Positions 1-8,926 are shown, counted from the stretch's first letter. The stretch: 35,910 nt of DNA from an uncultured Muribaculaceae bacterium (GCA_964370615.1 CAYJJY010000002.1:5208-41117); one strand, 5' to 3'. Made by a program: numbers and translations. The notes: a model not told the origin generated them from the letters alone.

Positions 1-3000
1 GGTTTTACTGTATCTAATTTAAAGTTTTCAGTACATTTTGTTGTTGTATTATAACCGTTTGTAACTGCTACACAACCTTTTAATGTTGCTGAATCTTGTG
101 TTAAATCAAAAGTATTTGTTGTTAAATCAATTGTTGGTGTACAATCAGTTCCATCAACAGAAACACAATATTTAGCTGTTTCTGTTGATTTTAAATCTGA
201 TAATGTAACTGTAATATGTTCATTTATCCATGTATTAGCTGTTTTATTAGCTGTTAATGTGAATTCTGGTGTTGGAGCAACTACATTATAATTTACTGGT
301 AATGATTTAACATTTCCTGCTTCATCTGTTACTGTGTAAACTACTTGTTTGTTATTTCCTGGTGTTCTTGTATCAAGAACTAATTCATCAGCTTCATTAC
401 GGTATACATCCCCTGTTACAGTGAATGAAGTAATTGGGCTTATTTCAAATGGACTACCAAAACCACTTACAAATTTATTTGCATAAACTTTGCTATTAAC
501 TTCAAATGTATTATCAGTTAAATTTCCAGTAGTTAATTCTGGCGCTGATTTATCTAATTTGTATGTTTCACATTTTGTAGTACTTAATCCATCAGTCGTT
601 GTAACTGTTACACATACATTACTTAAAGCAGTTTCTTCAGTAATGTTGATTGTTGTTCCAACTGTATTTGGAGTACATTCATTACTATTAATACAATAAG
701 TAATTGTATCAGTTGATTCAGTACCTACTATATTAAAGTTAAAATCAGTATTATTCCATCCAGCATTATTCGCATCAATATCTCTTTGAATTGTAAATTC
801 TGGATTGTTTTTAATAATAATATTTATTGTTTTTGTTTTAGAGTTTCCAGCCATATCTGTTGCTTTGTAAGTAACTTTATATGTGTTTGGTGTTGTAACG
901 TCTATGTTTTTTGTATTTAATACAATACCATTAGCATCAATTCCAGAAACCACTAATTTATTATTTGAACCATTATTATCTTCTACAGTTACTCCTGTTA
1001 ATAAAGCATTTGTAATTTCTTCAATTGAAGTGTTTGTAGCAAATACCATATTATCTAAAGCATTAATTCCTGAGAAATTAGGTCCTTTTTTATCTAATTT
1101 AAAGTTTTCTGTACATTTAGTAGTACTTTCACCATATGTATTTGTAACTGTTGCACATAATTTTGATGAATCTGATTCTAAATTCATTTTAATTACATTT
1201 GAAGTTGTTTCAATAGTTGGTGTACAAGTTGCTTCTGTTGTTAAACAATATTTAATATTATCAGAAGTATTAGTACCATTAATTGTAATTTCGAAATTTT
1301 TTCTTGCCCATCCATTTTCATTAACATTTGCATTATTTGTAAATGTTAATTCTGGAATTGGGTTTGCTACTGTAAATTTAACTTCCGTAATAGATACATT
1401 ACCTGCTTCATCAGTTAAAGTGAAAATAGCTGTTTTATCACCTGGTTCTGAAGTATTTAATTTTGTAGATTCACCTTCATTTTTAATAACATCACCTGAT
1501 ATTACTAATGTTGGATTACTTAAATTATCATTCATCCCTGATGCAATATAACTTGCCCAAACTTCTTCTTGGAATGTAAATGTTTGGTTTTGTTTAACGT
1601 CAACCATCCAAGGTTTTGTTGTATCAATTCCAAATGATTTATCATAGCATGCTTCAGTTACTTTACCTGCATTATCTGTTACGATAGCACATGCTTTGTG
1701 ATTTTTGTTTTCTTCATTGAAAACAATGTTAATCATTCCATTACCAAAATGTGATTCTGGGTAGTTTCTGTAAATACATTCTTCTGTTGAATAAGTTTTA
1801 CAAACTTGAACTGATGCAATACCTGTATTACTATTATCAGTTATATCTAATCTGATAACTGTTTCTTGGTTAGCCCAGTTATTTTCATTAATAGTTTCTT
1901 TTAAATCATAGAAATTTAATGTTGGTTTTGGAGCATCTACAGTGAATTTAACTTCTGTTACTGTTTTATTTCCAGCTGCATCTGTTAAAGTGTAGATTAC
2001 TGTTTTTTCACCAGCACTTGTTGTATCTAATTTAATTTCATCACCTATTGTAGTAACATTTCCTGTTATTACTAATGATGGGTTTGTTAAATTATCTGCT
2101 ATATTAGAAACTAATACATCAGCATTAACATCTTCATTAATATTAAATGTTTGATTATTTAAAATATCCATTGTTGGAGCTATTGTATCTAATTTGTATA
2201 AATCAGAACATGCTTCTGTCTTGTTCCCAGCTAAATCTGTTGCTACAACACAAACTTTGTTAGTTTCTCCTTCTTGGAATATTTTAACTCTTTTTGTTTG
2301 TTCCATGTCATTTTTTGGCACGCAACGTCCTGTATTATTACAGAATAATGCTTGGTTGAAATCTTCTCCAACTACTGTTGCAGTTATGAAGAATGCTTCA
2401 TTAGCCCATCCATTTTCATTGAAAATATTTGATGCTTCACCTTCTAAAGCAAATTCTATTACTAAAGGTGTTTTATCAATATTGTATGTTTCTGAACATT
2501 TTGTATTTGATATACCAAATTTATCAGTTACAGTTACACATGTTTTGATATTTTCAGACTCTTCATCTAAAATTATTTTATCAGTATATTCCATATCTGG
2601 AGTACATGTTTCTTCCGTTGTAACACAATATTTAGCTGTATTATCATTTAATCCATCAATTGTTATTTCAACATTTTGATTTGTTGGTAATTCATTGTTA
2701 ACATTACCATTTAATTCGAATTCTGGTAAAGCTTTAATTACAACGTAAATTGTTGCAGTAGTTTGGTTTCCAGCATTATCTTCTACTGTGTAAACTACTG
2801 GGTAAGTACCTTCTTTAGTTGTATCTACTCCATCAGTATTTAATGTAATTCCATTTGAGTTAATATTTGAAACATTATTTTCACCAGCTTCTGTATTATC
2901 TTTTGCTAGTACATCTGTTAATAGTTTCTCTTTGATATCATTGATATCTGTACCTTCTTTGAAAATATTAATCAAATGATTATCTACACCTGTAAAAACT

Positions 3001-3575
3001 GGTGCTTTTGTATCTAATTTAAAATTTTCTGTACATTTTGTTGCTTCGTTAGTACCATCTGTAACTGTTACACACATTTTACTAGAAATAGATTCTAATT
3101 CCATTTTAATTGCATCAGTTCCATCAATACTTGGTGTACAACTTTCTTCACTTGTTACACAGTATTTAACTGTCATGTTATCAGCTAATCCTGAAACTGT
3201 GATTGTAAAGTTTTCTTTTGCCCAACCTTCATTATTTAATTCAGCATCATTTGTTAATGTGAATTCAATAGTGTTGTTATCATCATTGTTATCATTGTTG
3301 TTATTATCATTGTTGTTATCATCATTATTATCATTGTTGTTATCATCATTATTATCATTGTTGTTATCATCATTGTTGTCGTTGTTGTCATTGTCATTGT
3401 CATTGTTGTTATTGTCATTGTTGTTGTCGTTGTTGTCATCATTGTTGTTATCATTTATATCAGAACCACCTTGGTTTCCAACTGGTGTTAACTCATCACC
3501 TGGATTGGCAAACGTAAAGATGAATAAACTGAAAAAGATAAATAATATAATGGCAACGATTTTCTTTTTACTCAT
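1..3575 (-). CDS. Large secreted modular repeat surface protein, N-terminal part only (ORF leaves the window at position 1; at least 1191 codons)
   Basis: ATG at 3575-3573 lies 6 nt after GGGGGA (3587-3582). Hand translation gives MSKKKIVAIILFIFFSLFIFTFA/NPGDEL, a Sec signal peptide. Stretches I checked triplet by triplet (1-182, 1560-1620, 3000-3020, 3450-3464) have no tta/cta/tca in the minus reading frame. A stop anywhere would have produced a listed ORF starting at 3575. The four + strand ORFs here all share one frame (start = 1 mod 3), as expected for antisense shadows of a single long gene. Confidence 0.85.
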   Translation of the reverse strand, partial: MSKKKIVAIILFIFFSLFIFTFANPGDELTPVGNQGGSDINDNNNDDNNDNNNDNNNNDNDNDNNDNNDDNNNDNNDDNNNDNNDDNNNDNNNNDNNDDNNTIEFTLTNDAELNNEGWAKENFTITVSGLADNMTVKYCVTSEESCTPSIDGTDAIKMELESISSKMCVTVTDGTNEATKCTENFKLDTKAPVFTGVDNHLINIFKEGTDINDIKEKLLTDVLAKDNTEAGENNVSNINSNGITLNTDGVDTTKEGTYPVVYTVEDNAGNQTTATIYVVIKALPEFELNGNVNNELPTNQNVEITIDGLNDNTAKYCVTTEETCTPDMEYTDKIILDEESENIKTCVTVTDKFGISNTKCSETYNIDKTPLVIEFALEGEASNIFNENGWANEAFFITATVVGEDFNQALFCNNTGRCVPKNDMEQTKRVKIFQEGETNKVCVVATDLAGNKTEACSDLYKLDTIAPTMDILNNQTFNINEDVNADVLVSNIADNLTNPSLVITGNVTTIGDEIKLDTTSAGEKTVIYTLTDAAGNKTVTEVKFTVDAPKPTLNFYDLKETINENNWANQETVIRLDITDNSNTGIASVQVCKTYSTEECIYRNYPESHFGNGMINIVFNEENKNHKACAIVTDNAGKVTEACYDKSFGIDTTKPWMVDVKQNQTFTFQEEVWASYIASGMNDNLSNPTLVISGDVIKNEGESTKLNTSEPGDKTAIFTLTDEAGNVSITEVKFTVANPIPELTFTNNANVNENGWARKNFEITINGTNTSDNIKYCLTTEATCTPTIETTSNVIKMNLESDSSKLCATVTNTYGESTTKCTENFKLDKKGPNFSGINALDNMVFATNTSIEEITNALLTGVTVEDNNGSNNKLVVSGIDANGIVLNTKNIDVTTPNTYKVTYKATDMAGNSKTKTINIIIKNNPEFTIQRDIDANNAGWNNTDFNFNIVGTESTDTITYCINSNECTPNTVGTTINITEETALSNVCVTVTTTDGLSTTKCETYKLDKSAPELTTGNLTDNTFEVNSKVYANKFVSGFGSPFEISPITSFTVTGDVYRNEADELVLDTRTPGNNKQVVYTVTDEAGNVKSLPVNYNVVAPTPEFTLTANKTANTWINEHITVTLSDLKSTETAKYCVSVDGTDCTPTIDLTTNTFDLTQDSATLKGCVAVTNGYNTTTKCTENFKLDTVK
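3273..3455 (-). repeat. In-frame imperfect tandem repeat (24-bp unit tcattgttgttatcatcattatta and variants) encoding 61 consecutive Asn/Asp residues
   Basis: The minus-strand codons are only AAT/AAC/GAT/GAC from just after GGSDI (3456-3470) to just before TIEF (3261-3272). The 24-bp unit is visibly reiterated around 3300-3380. Confidence 0.85.
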
Positions 3576-3619
3576 ACGATATCCCCCTATAAAATATGGC
3601 TTTCCACCACTTAACAATT

Positions 3620-3648
3620 ATACTAACATAATTTTAATAATTTGACAA
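3620..3648 (-). promoter_or_regulatory. Sigma-A type promoter of the surface-protein gene
   Basis: Minus strand reads TTGTCA (3648-3643), a 17-nt spacer ending in TGT, then TAGTAT (3625-3620). It sits about 45 nt upstream of the ATG. Confidence 0.5.
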
Positions 3649-3699
3649 GTTATAATTGTTAATTAGTTTTTTTTACTAACTAATTATTTTAATTATATT

Positions 3700-3719
3700 A
3701 AAAAAAGAACAAATTGTTC
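3700..3719 (-). terminator. Intrinsic terminator after the nucleotidyltransferase gene
   Basis: Minus strand GAACA-AAT-TGTTC followed by a T-run. The stem is short. Confidence 0.45.
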
Positions 3720-3720
3720 C

Positions 3721-4617
3721 TTATTTGTTCCATAAAATGTTTGGATATATATTATTTTTGATCATTTCATCTATAGCTTTTACTACTTTTTCTTTATCTT
3801 CTTTATAAGTAATTCCGTACCATTTAGCATCTGTTTTTAAAACTTTAACTTTAGCGTAATTTAATGTATTTGCTTCTTGTAATGTTGTTGGGATTAAAAA
3901 CTCATCTGTTTCTAAATTCCAGTTAGTTAAAAACTCAACAAATCTTGATTCTAAGAATGAAAATATTGATGGATCAAAACATAATAAATTCATTGATACT
4001 AAATCATTTCTTTCCATGATAATTTCTGTGCTTCCATCTAGTGGTGAAGCAATTATTTTTTGCTCTTTAATTATTTTACTTTCTATTAAGTTAATTAGTT
4101 CATCATTCTGATGAAGACATACTGCTCTTTTTACAGAACCATTTTCTGATAATGTTTTTTCCACTTCATATCCTATCACACAATACTCATTTTCTTTTTT
4201 ATTTTCTAAAAATTGTGAGGCAACTAAAAATGCATCATATCCATAAAAGTCATCGGCATTTATGATTATAAATGGTTCATTGACAACTTCTTTAGTGCAT
4301 AATATTGCGTGAGAAGTTCCTAGTGGTTTTATTCTTGTTGTTGGTATTTTAAAGTTTTCAGGAATATTTTTTAAATTTTGAAAAACATATTCAACCGTGA
4401 TATTTTTAGGAACTCTTGAACCTATAGTATCTTTAAATATGTCGTAGTTTTCTTCTTTTATAATAAAGACTATTTTATTAAATCCTACTTTAATTGCATC
4501 ATAGATTGAATAATCTATCAAAAATTCACCATTTGGACCTATCGCTTCAATTTGTTTTAAACCGCCAAATCTACTACCCATTCCGGCAGCCATAATTACT
4601 AATGTTTTATCTTTCAT
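3721..4617 (-). CDS. Sugar-phosphate nucleotidyltransferase family protein
   Basis: The N-terminal VIMAAGMGSRFGGLKQ motif is the glycine-rich NTP-binding loop of nucleotidyltransferase-fold enzymes. RBS is AGGTGA. The sugar specificity cannot be called. Confidence 0.7.
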   Translation of the reverse strand: MKDKTLVIMAAGMGSRFGGLKQIEAIGPNGEFLIDYSIYDAIKVGFNKIVFIIKEENYDIFKDTIGSRVPKNITVEYVFQNLKNIPENFKIPTTRIKPLGTSHAILCTKEVVNEPFIIINADDFYGYDAFLVASQFLENKKENEYCVIGYEVEKTLSENGSVKRAVCLHQNDELINLIESKIIKEQKIIASPLDGSTEIIMERNDLVSMNLLCFDPSIFSFLESRFVEFLTNWNLETDEFLIPTTLQEANTLNYAKVKVLKTDAKWYGITYKEDKEKVVKAIDEMIKNNIYPNILWNK

Positions 4618-4633
4618 ATCATCACCTACTTTA

Positions 4634-4662
4634 ATAGTATCAAGGTTTTTTTATTTAGTCAA
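4634..4662 (-). promoter_or_regulatory. Promoter of the nucleotidyltransferase gene
   Basis: Minus strand TTGACT (4662-4657), 17 nt, then TGaTACTAT with the -10 at 4639-4634. Confidence 0.5.
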
Positions 4663-4665
4663 ATT

Positions 4666-4686
4666 AAAAAACAACTTGCGTTGTTT
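4666..4686 (-). terminator. Intrinsic terminator after tlyA
   Basis: Minus strand AAACAAC-GCAA-GTTGTTT (7-bp stem) followed by T6. Confidence 0.7.
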
Positions 4687-5486
4687 TATCTACTGCGGCT
4701 ACGACCTGCTCTAAATGCTTGATCAACTATACTAACAAAATTATGATATGTTTCATTTTTAGTAGTATTGAAATGAGCTATGTACTCTATGTTACCATCT
4801 CCACCTTGAATTGGTGAGTGTGTAATATTTTTCAAATAGTAACCTTTGGTTTTAAAATAATTATTTATTCCGTTTAAAATATTAACGTGAATTGGTTTAT
4901 TTAAAATTATTCCTTTATATTTATCAGCTATTTCTTTTCCACATTCAAATTGTGGTTTAATTAAAAATACTAAGTCACAGTTTGTTTCTATTTCTTCAAT
5001 TTTATCAATTAATAGTTTTAAAGAAATAAATGAAACATCAGCTATTATAAAGTCAATATTTTCAAAATATTTTGGTTCTAAGTATTTAAAGTTTGTTTTT
5101 TCTAATAGTGTTATTTTTTCATTATTCTTTAGTTTTTCATCCATTAAATCTGTTCCTACATCTACAGCTAAAACTTTATTAGCTTTATATTGTAGGGCGC
5201 AATCTGTAAATCCTCCAGTTGATGAACCTATATCTAAGATATTTGCTCCTTCAAAGTTTAATTTAAATTTTTTGATTGCTTTTTCCAATTTTAATCCACC
5301 ACGTGAAACGAATTTTAGAGTGTTATTTCTTAATACCACTAGTTCGTCTTCTGGTTTTATTTTTGTACTATCTTTTGTAATAACTTTACCATTTAAAGTT
5401 ATATTTTTATTTCTTAATAATTCTTGTGCTTTACTTCTTGTAGGCGCAAGATTTCTTATTACTAATTCTTTATCTAATCTATTCAT
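4686..5486 (-). CDS. tlyA: TlyA-family 23S/16S rRNA (cytidine-2'-O)-methyltransferase
   Basis: An N-terminal S4-like region is followed by an FtsJ-type SAM motif (FVSRGGLKLEKA...ILDIGSSTGGFTD...AVDVG). The ATG shares one base with the upstream stop codon (TGATG). Confidence 0.85.
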   Translation of the reverse strand: MNRLDKELVIRNLAPTRSKAQELLRNKNITLNGKVITKDSTKIKPEDELVVLRNNTLKFVSRGGLKLEKAIKKFKLNFEGANILDIGSSTGGFTDCALQYKANKVLAVDVGTDLMDEKLKNNEKITLLEKTNFKYLEPKYFENIDFIIADVSFISLKLLIDKIEEIETNCDLVFLIKPQFECGKEIADKYKGIILNKPIHVNILNGINNYFKTKGYYLKNITHSPIQGGDGNIEYIAHFNTTKNETYHNFVSIVDQAFRAGRSRSR

Positions 5487-5839
5487 CAGTTTTTTCTCAC
5501 TTTCGTTGTTATAATTGTGTAATCTTTTCCAAAAAGATTTTTGTGTTCTGTTTTTATTGTTACTGTTTGTTGTTCATTACTTAATGTATTAATATCTGTT
5601 AGTGTAAATCCTAGTTCATTGTAAGTTGTGACAATTGTATTTGAGTACATTTTGCTGTTGGTTCCGTAAATAATCAATATATTGTCATTAATATTTTCTG
5701 CTTGATTTTGTTCTGATATTTCAAAATATTTCGCATAACCATTAAAGAAATTTAAAGTATTAAAAAATATTTTTGAACTTATTGTTAATGTTAAGATAAG
5801 AGCTAATGCGATTGCACCGATAATAATTTTTGTTTTCAT
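5486..5839 (-). CDS. Small membrane-anchored or secreted hypothetical protein
   Basis: MKTKIIIGAIALALILTLTI is a signal or anchor segment. I chose the ATG at 5839 (RBS GGTGA 5 nt upstream) rather than the track's GTG at 5851. Confidence 0.7.
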   Translation of the reverse strand: MKTKIIIGAIALALILTLTISSKIFFNTLNFFNGYAKYFEISEQNQAENINDNILIIYGTNSKMYSNTIVTTYNELGFTLTDINTLSNEQQTVTIKTEHKNLFGKDYTIITTKVRKN

Positions 5840-5855
5840 TCCATTCACCACTTAA

Positions 5856-5884
5856 ATTATATAATATTTTTGTCTTAATAGCAA
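5856..5884 (-). promoter_or_regulatory. Candidate promoter of the small-protein/tlyA operon
   Basis: Minus strand TTGCTA (5884-5879), 17 nt, TATAAT (5861-5856). Confidence 0.45.
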
Positions 5885-5892
5885 TGGGCGAT

Positions 5893-5913
5893 AAAAAAAG
5901 ACTTAAAGTCTTT
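5893..5913 (-). terminator. Intrinsic terminator after the nitroreductase gene
   Basis: AAAGACT-TAA-AGTCTTT hairpin followed by T7 on the minus strand. It overlaps the stop codon. Confidence 0.7.
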
Positions 5914-6454
5914 AAATTATTCTCATTATATCTTTGGTTTCGTGACGAATTGGATTTTTACCATTTTCATTAATGTAACCATATGTTATGATGGCAGCTA
6001 CTGTTTCTTCTTTTGGTAAATTTATCAATTTAGCAATAACTTGGTCATCTATAACTCCGAATATACATGTTCCTACTCCTTTTTCAAAGGCTGCTAAACA
6101 AAATGTTTGGCATGCTATTCCAGCATCAAACATTTCCCATTCACTACCTTTGTTAGTTGCATATTCATCACCTTTTAATTTTCCCGATTTACCTTTGACA
6201 TAGCTTAATACTGCTACTTGTTTTGTATGTTCTAATGTTTGCATATTATAAGCAAAACCTTTAACGCCGTCATCTTTTATTTTTTTTATAATATTTTCAT
6301 CGGTAACAAAGGTATAACGTGCTGTTTGACTGTTGGCCCATGAGGGAGCAAACTTTGCTACTTCAACAATACTTTCTAATACTTCGTTTGAAACTATTTC
6401 ATCAGTATATTTTCTAATACTTCTTCTATTTTTTAACATTTCAATTGCTTCCAT
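5912..6454 (-). CDS. Nitroreductase family protein (FMN-dependent)
   Basis: MEAIEMLKNRRSIRKY...PSWANSQ is the typical nitroreductase N-terminus. The ATG at 6454 has AAGGAG 6 nt upstream, which I prefer to the track's upstream ATG at 6475. Confidence 0.85.
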   Translation of the reverse strand: MEAIEMLKNRRSIRKYTDEIVSNEVLESIVEVAKFAPSWANSQTARYTFVTDENIIKKIKDDGVKGFAYNMQTLEHTKQVAVLSYVKGKSGKLKGDEYATNKGSEWEMFDAGIACQTFCLAAFEKGVGTCIFGVIDDQVIAKLINLPKEETVAAIITYGYINENGKNPIRHETKDIMRII

Positions 6455-6455
6455 T

Positions 6456-6986
6456 TTATTCTCCTTTTTTTTCATAATGTAAATCGATTATCCCGTTATA
6501 ATGTTTACTATTAATCAGTTTTAATTTTGTTGTTGTTATATTTTGATTAAATAATTTAATTCCATCTCCTAAAATTATGGGAATAACCGAAATTATATAT
6601 TCATCAATCATATTTAATTCGTGGACTTGATTCACAATTGATGCTCCTCCACAAATCCAGATGTTTTTACCTGTTTTGTTTTTTAATTGTTCTAGTAATT
6701 GTTTAAGATTATTTTCTTGTTTTATTTCTGTTGTTTCTTTTATTTTATTGTTGGTTATGACATAAGTTATTTTTCCTTGATAAGGCCAATTGTCTTTAGC
6801 TAATTCTGTTGTTATTTGTTTATAGGTATTATAACCTAAAATAACTGTGTCTATTGTGTCATAAAATTCATTAAAACTTGATAGATCATTACTCTCACTA
6901 TCGCCTTGTAACCAATCTACAGAAAGGTCTTTTGTAGCTATATAGCCATCTAAACTTTTTGCTATGTATAAAATTATTTTTCTCAT
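6456..6986 (-). CDS. Dihydrofolate reductase family protein (RibD C-terminal-domain-like)
   Basis: The pattern KIILYIAKSLDGYIA...WICGGASIVNQ...DEYIISVIPIILGDG and the length fit this family. Confidence 0.75.
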   Translation of the reverse strand: MRKIILYIAKSLDGYIATKDLSVDWLQGDSESNDLSSFNEFYDTIDTVILGYNTYKQITTELAKDNWPYQGKITYVITNNKIKETTEIKQENNLKQLLEQLKNKTGKNIWICGGASIVNQVHELNMIDEYIISVIPIILGDGIKLFNQNITTTKLKLINSKHYNGIIDLHYEKKGE

Positions 6987-7023
6987 ATTATCACCATTTT
7001 TATTATATCATGATTTTGAATAT

Positions 7024-7046
7024 AAAAAAAAGTGTTTAACACTTTT
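7024..7046 (-). terminator. Intrinsic terminator after the lipoprotein gene
   Basis: AAAAGTGT-TAA-ACACTTTT (8-bp stem) followed by a T-run on the minus strand. Confidence 0.8.
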
Positions 7047-7662
7047 ATTCATAACTTATAATATAGGTATCTATTTCTTGCATATCTTCTTCTGTGATTT
7101 CGTAATATCCATTTGTTATTCCTAATTCAAAATCAATAGTAATTGGTTCTAGATATCCGATTTCACCAATTTGGGCTTCAATTGTGTCTAATACTTTATT
7201 AAAATATAAATCTTCAATATTACCATCTGTTGATTCAGTTGTAGCATCTGTAAATAATTGCGATAATACTGATATATCATTTACTGTTTTGTTTATTATA
7301 TCAATTGGATATATTTTAACTTCAACTTTATCACCATTTTTTGATACTTCATATTTTGAATATTTATATATTCTATCATATATTTCTTCTGCTCTTTTTA
7401 TTGTTTCTTCTTTTAAATCTTCTTCAATTGCATCAACATAGTAAATTAAGAATTCTACTTCAAAAGCAACGCCTTCGTAATAGTTTTCTTCAAATAAAGT
7501 TATATCTGAATCGATAAATAAGTCACGGTATTTTTCGTCGTGTTGATTCAAATAAATTGAGTTTAATTCCATAGTTGTATATGAAACTTCATCTATTTTG
7601 TTAAAACACCCTGTTAAAGATATTAAAATAGTACATATAAGTATTGTTTTTAAAAAATTCAT
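7045..7662 (-). CDS. Acidic lipoprotein, function unknown
   Basis: MNFLKTILICTILISLTGC is a signal peptide with a lipobox. RBS is GAGGTGG. Confidence 0.8.
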   Translation of the reverse strand: MNFLKTILICTILISLTGCFNKIDEVSYTTMELNSIYLNQHDEKYRDLFIDSDITLFEENYYEGVAFEVEFLIYYVDAIEEDLKEETIKRAEEIYDRIYKYSKYEVSKNGDKVEVKIYPIDIINKTVNDISVLSQLFTDATTESTDGNIEDLYFNKVLDTIEAQIGEIGYLEPITIDFELGITNGYYEITEEDMQEIDTYIISYE

Positions 7663-7681
7663 TTTTCCACCTCGTTTTTCA

Positions 7682-8875
7682 TTATAACATTTTTTTTGAT
7701 ATTACTGAACCTTTTTTATTTATTTTATAATTGTTTTTAAAGATTATTTGAGTTGTTATAGTTTGATATGTTACTGATGTTAAAAGTGCTAGTCCGGTAC
7801 AAAAAGGTGTATTTAAAACTGATACAATTAATCTTAAAATATTGGCTATAAATTTATTGGTAGTTACTATTTTGACTGAGTGTTCAAGTTGAAGATATAT
7901 TGTTTTTATTTTATATATTGGAAATAGTAAATAAGAAATTAAATCAAATGAATAATATATTAATATCAATATTAGTGAGACGTTGTAAAATTGATATAAA
8001 ATAGCATAAACTAGAAAACCGATTGTTAGCATAATTCCTATTAATTTGTAACTGTTTTTTTTATGTTTTATGTAATTAAATTCATTTTTACTAATATCTA
8101 TTTTAGCTATTGTCGCTGAGGCGTAAATAACATCCCACTGCACATCTGCTACTAAAGATACAAAAGCGATGGCTAAAGCATATTTAGGATCATAACTATA
8201 AATAGTACTAAATCCTATCATATAAATTATCATAAAGAAAAAACCTGTTGTTGTTTCTTCTAAATCATATTTATAATATGTTAAGAATTTTTTATCAAAT
8301 TTAATTTCTTTTAATTCTTTAGTAAAGAAGTAAAATGAGTAAATTAAAATCGGTAAGACTGATGTTATTACGATTAGACTTTGATTTTTAAATATCAAGG
8401 ACATCAAAGTTATTGAAGTTAATTTTATTATGTTATATATTATTAAGATTTTACTAGCTTTTTTATTTTCACTTTTAAAATAATAATTATTAATAACAAA
8501 CTTTAAAATTAATTCTGAGTATAATTGAACTATGACGTAAATAGAAAATGTTTTATAGATGTTTATATCTGCATTCATAAAATTCAAATAATTATCAATA
8601 TTAACTATTATAAATCCAAATAAGAGTAATCCTAAAATACTTCCCACAATCATTCCGGTTGGTACTGCTTTTTTATTTTTCGTTTTTTCTTTTTCAATAT
8701 TAGCGCCTACGGATAGACCACTTTTGATTATTGATATTATGAATTGTAATGGATAGGTTATTATAAATATATTAATTAAATTTTTATCAACTAGTAAACT
8801 TATTATTATCCACGTTATTGATGAGATGATTGAAGTTGTTGCTATATCTGCAGCTATGTGTAATAATCTTTTCAT
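7682..8875 (-). CDS. Polytopic membrane protein (about 10 TM; possibly MOP/MATE-flippase-like), function unknown
   Basis: Hydrophobic segments run throughout the protein. RBS is AAGGAG. No diagnostic motif was recognised. Confidence 0.7.
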   Translation of the reverse strand: MKRLLHIAADIATTSIISSITWIIISLLVDKNLINIFIITYPLQFIISIIKSGLSVGANIEKEKTKNKKAVPTGMIVGSILGLLLFGFIIVNIDNYLNFMNADINIYKTFSIYVIVQLYSELILKFVINNYYFKSENKKASKILIIYNIIKLTSITLMSLIFKNQSLIVITSVLPILIYSFYFFTKELKEIKFDKKFLTYYKYDLEETTTGFFFMIIYMIGFSTIYSYDPKYALAIAFVSLVADVQWDVIYASATIAKIDISKNEFNYIKHKKNSYKLIGIMLTIGFLVYAILYQFYNVSLILILIYYSFDLISYLLFPIYKIKTIYLQLEHSVKIVTTNKFIANILRLIVSVLNTPFCTGLALLTSVTYQTITTQIIFKNNYKINKKGSVISKKML

Positions 8876-8896
8876 AAATACTCCTTATTTTTTTTA

Positions 8897-8905
8897 ATTA
8901 TAACA
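8897..8905 (-). promoter_or_regulatory. Extended -10 element (TGTTATAAT) upstream of the membrane-protein gene
   Basis: Minus strand TGTTATAAT lies 22 nt upstream of the ATG at 8875. Confidence 0.4.
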
Positions 8906-8926
8906 TTTTTATATTAAAAAAAATCA

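Noticed and set aside
3254-3454. Minus-strand 66-aa ORF (poly Thr/Met/Ile)
   Set aside because: It is an alternative frame of the Asn/Asp-coding tandem repeat inside the large gene. It is not an independent gene.
3273-3455. Possible CRISPR array or non-coding satellite
   Set aside because: The repeats are 24 bp, degenerate, contiguous without spacers, and strictly in frame within a CDS. This is a coding low-complexity tract.
490-3645. Plus-strand ORFs 490-699, 883-1551, 2194-2679 and 3175-3645 from the ORF track
   Set aside because: All four share one frame. They translate to low-complexity Leu/Ser/Val/Phe-rich peptides with no RBS. They lie antisense to a continuous minus-strand ORF that has an RBS, a signal peptide and clear domain repeats, so they are shadow ORFs.
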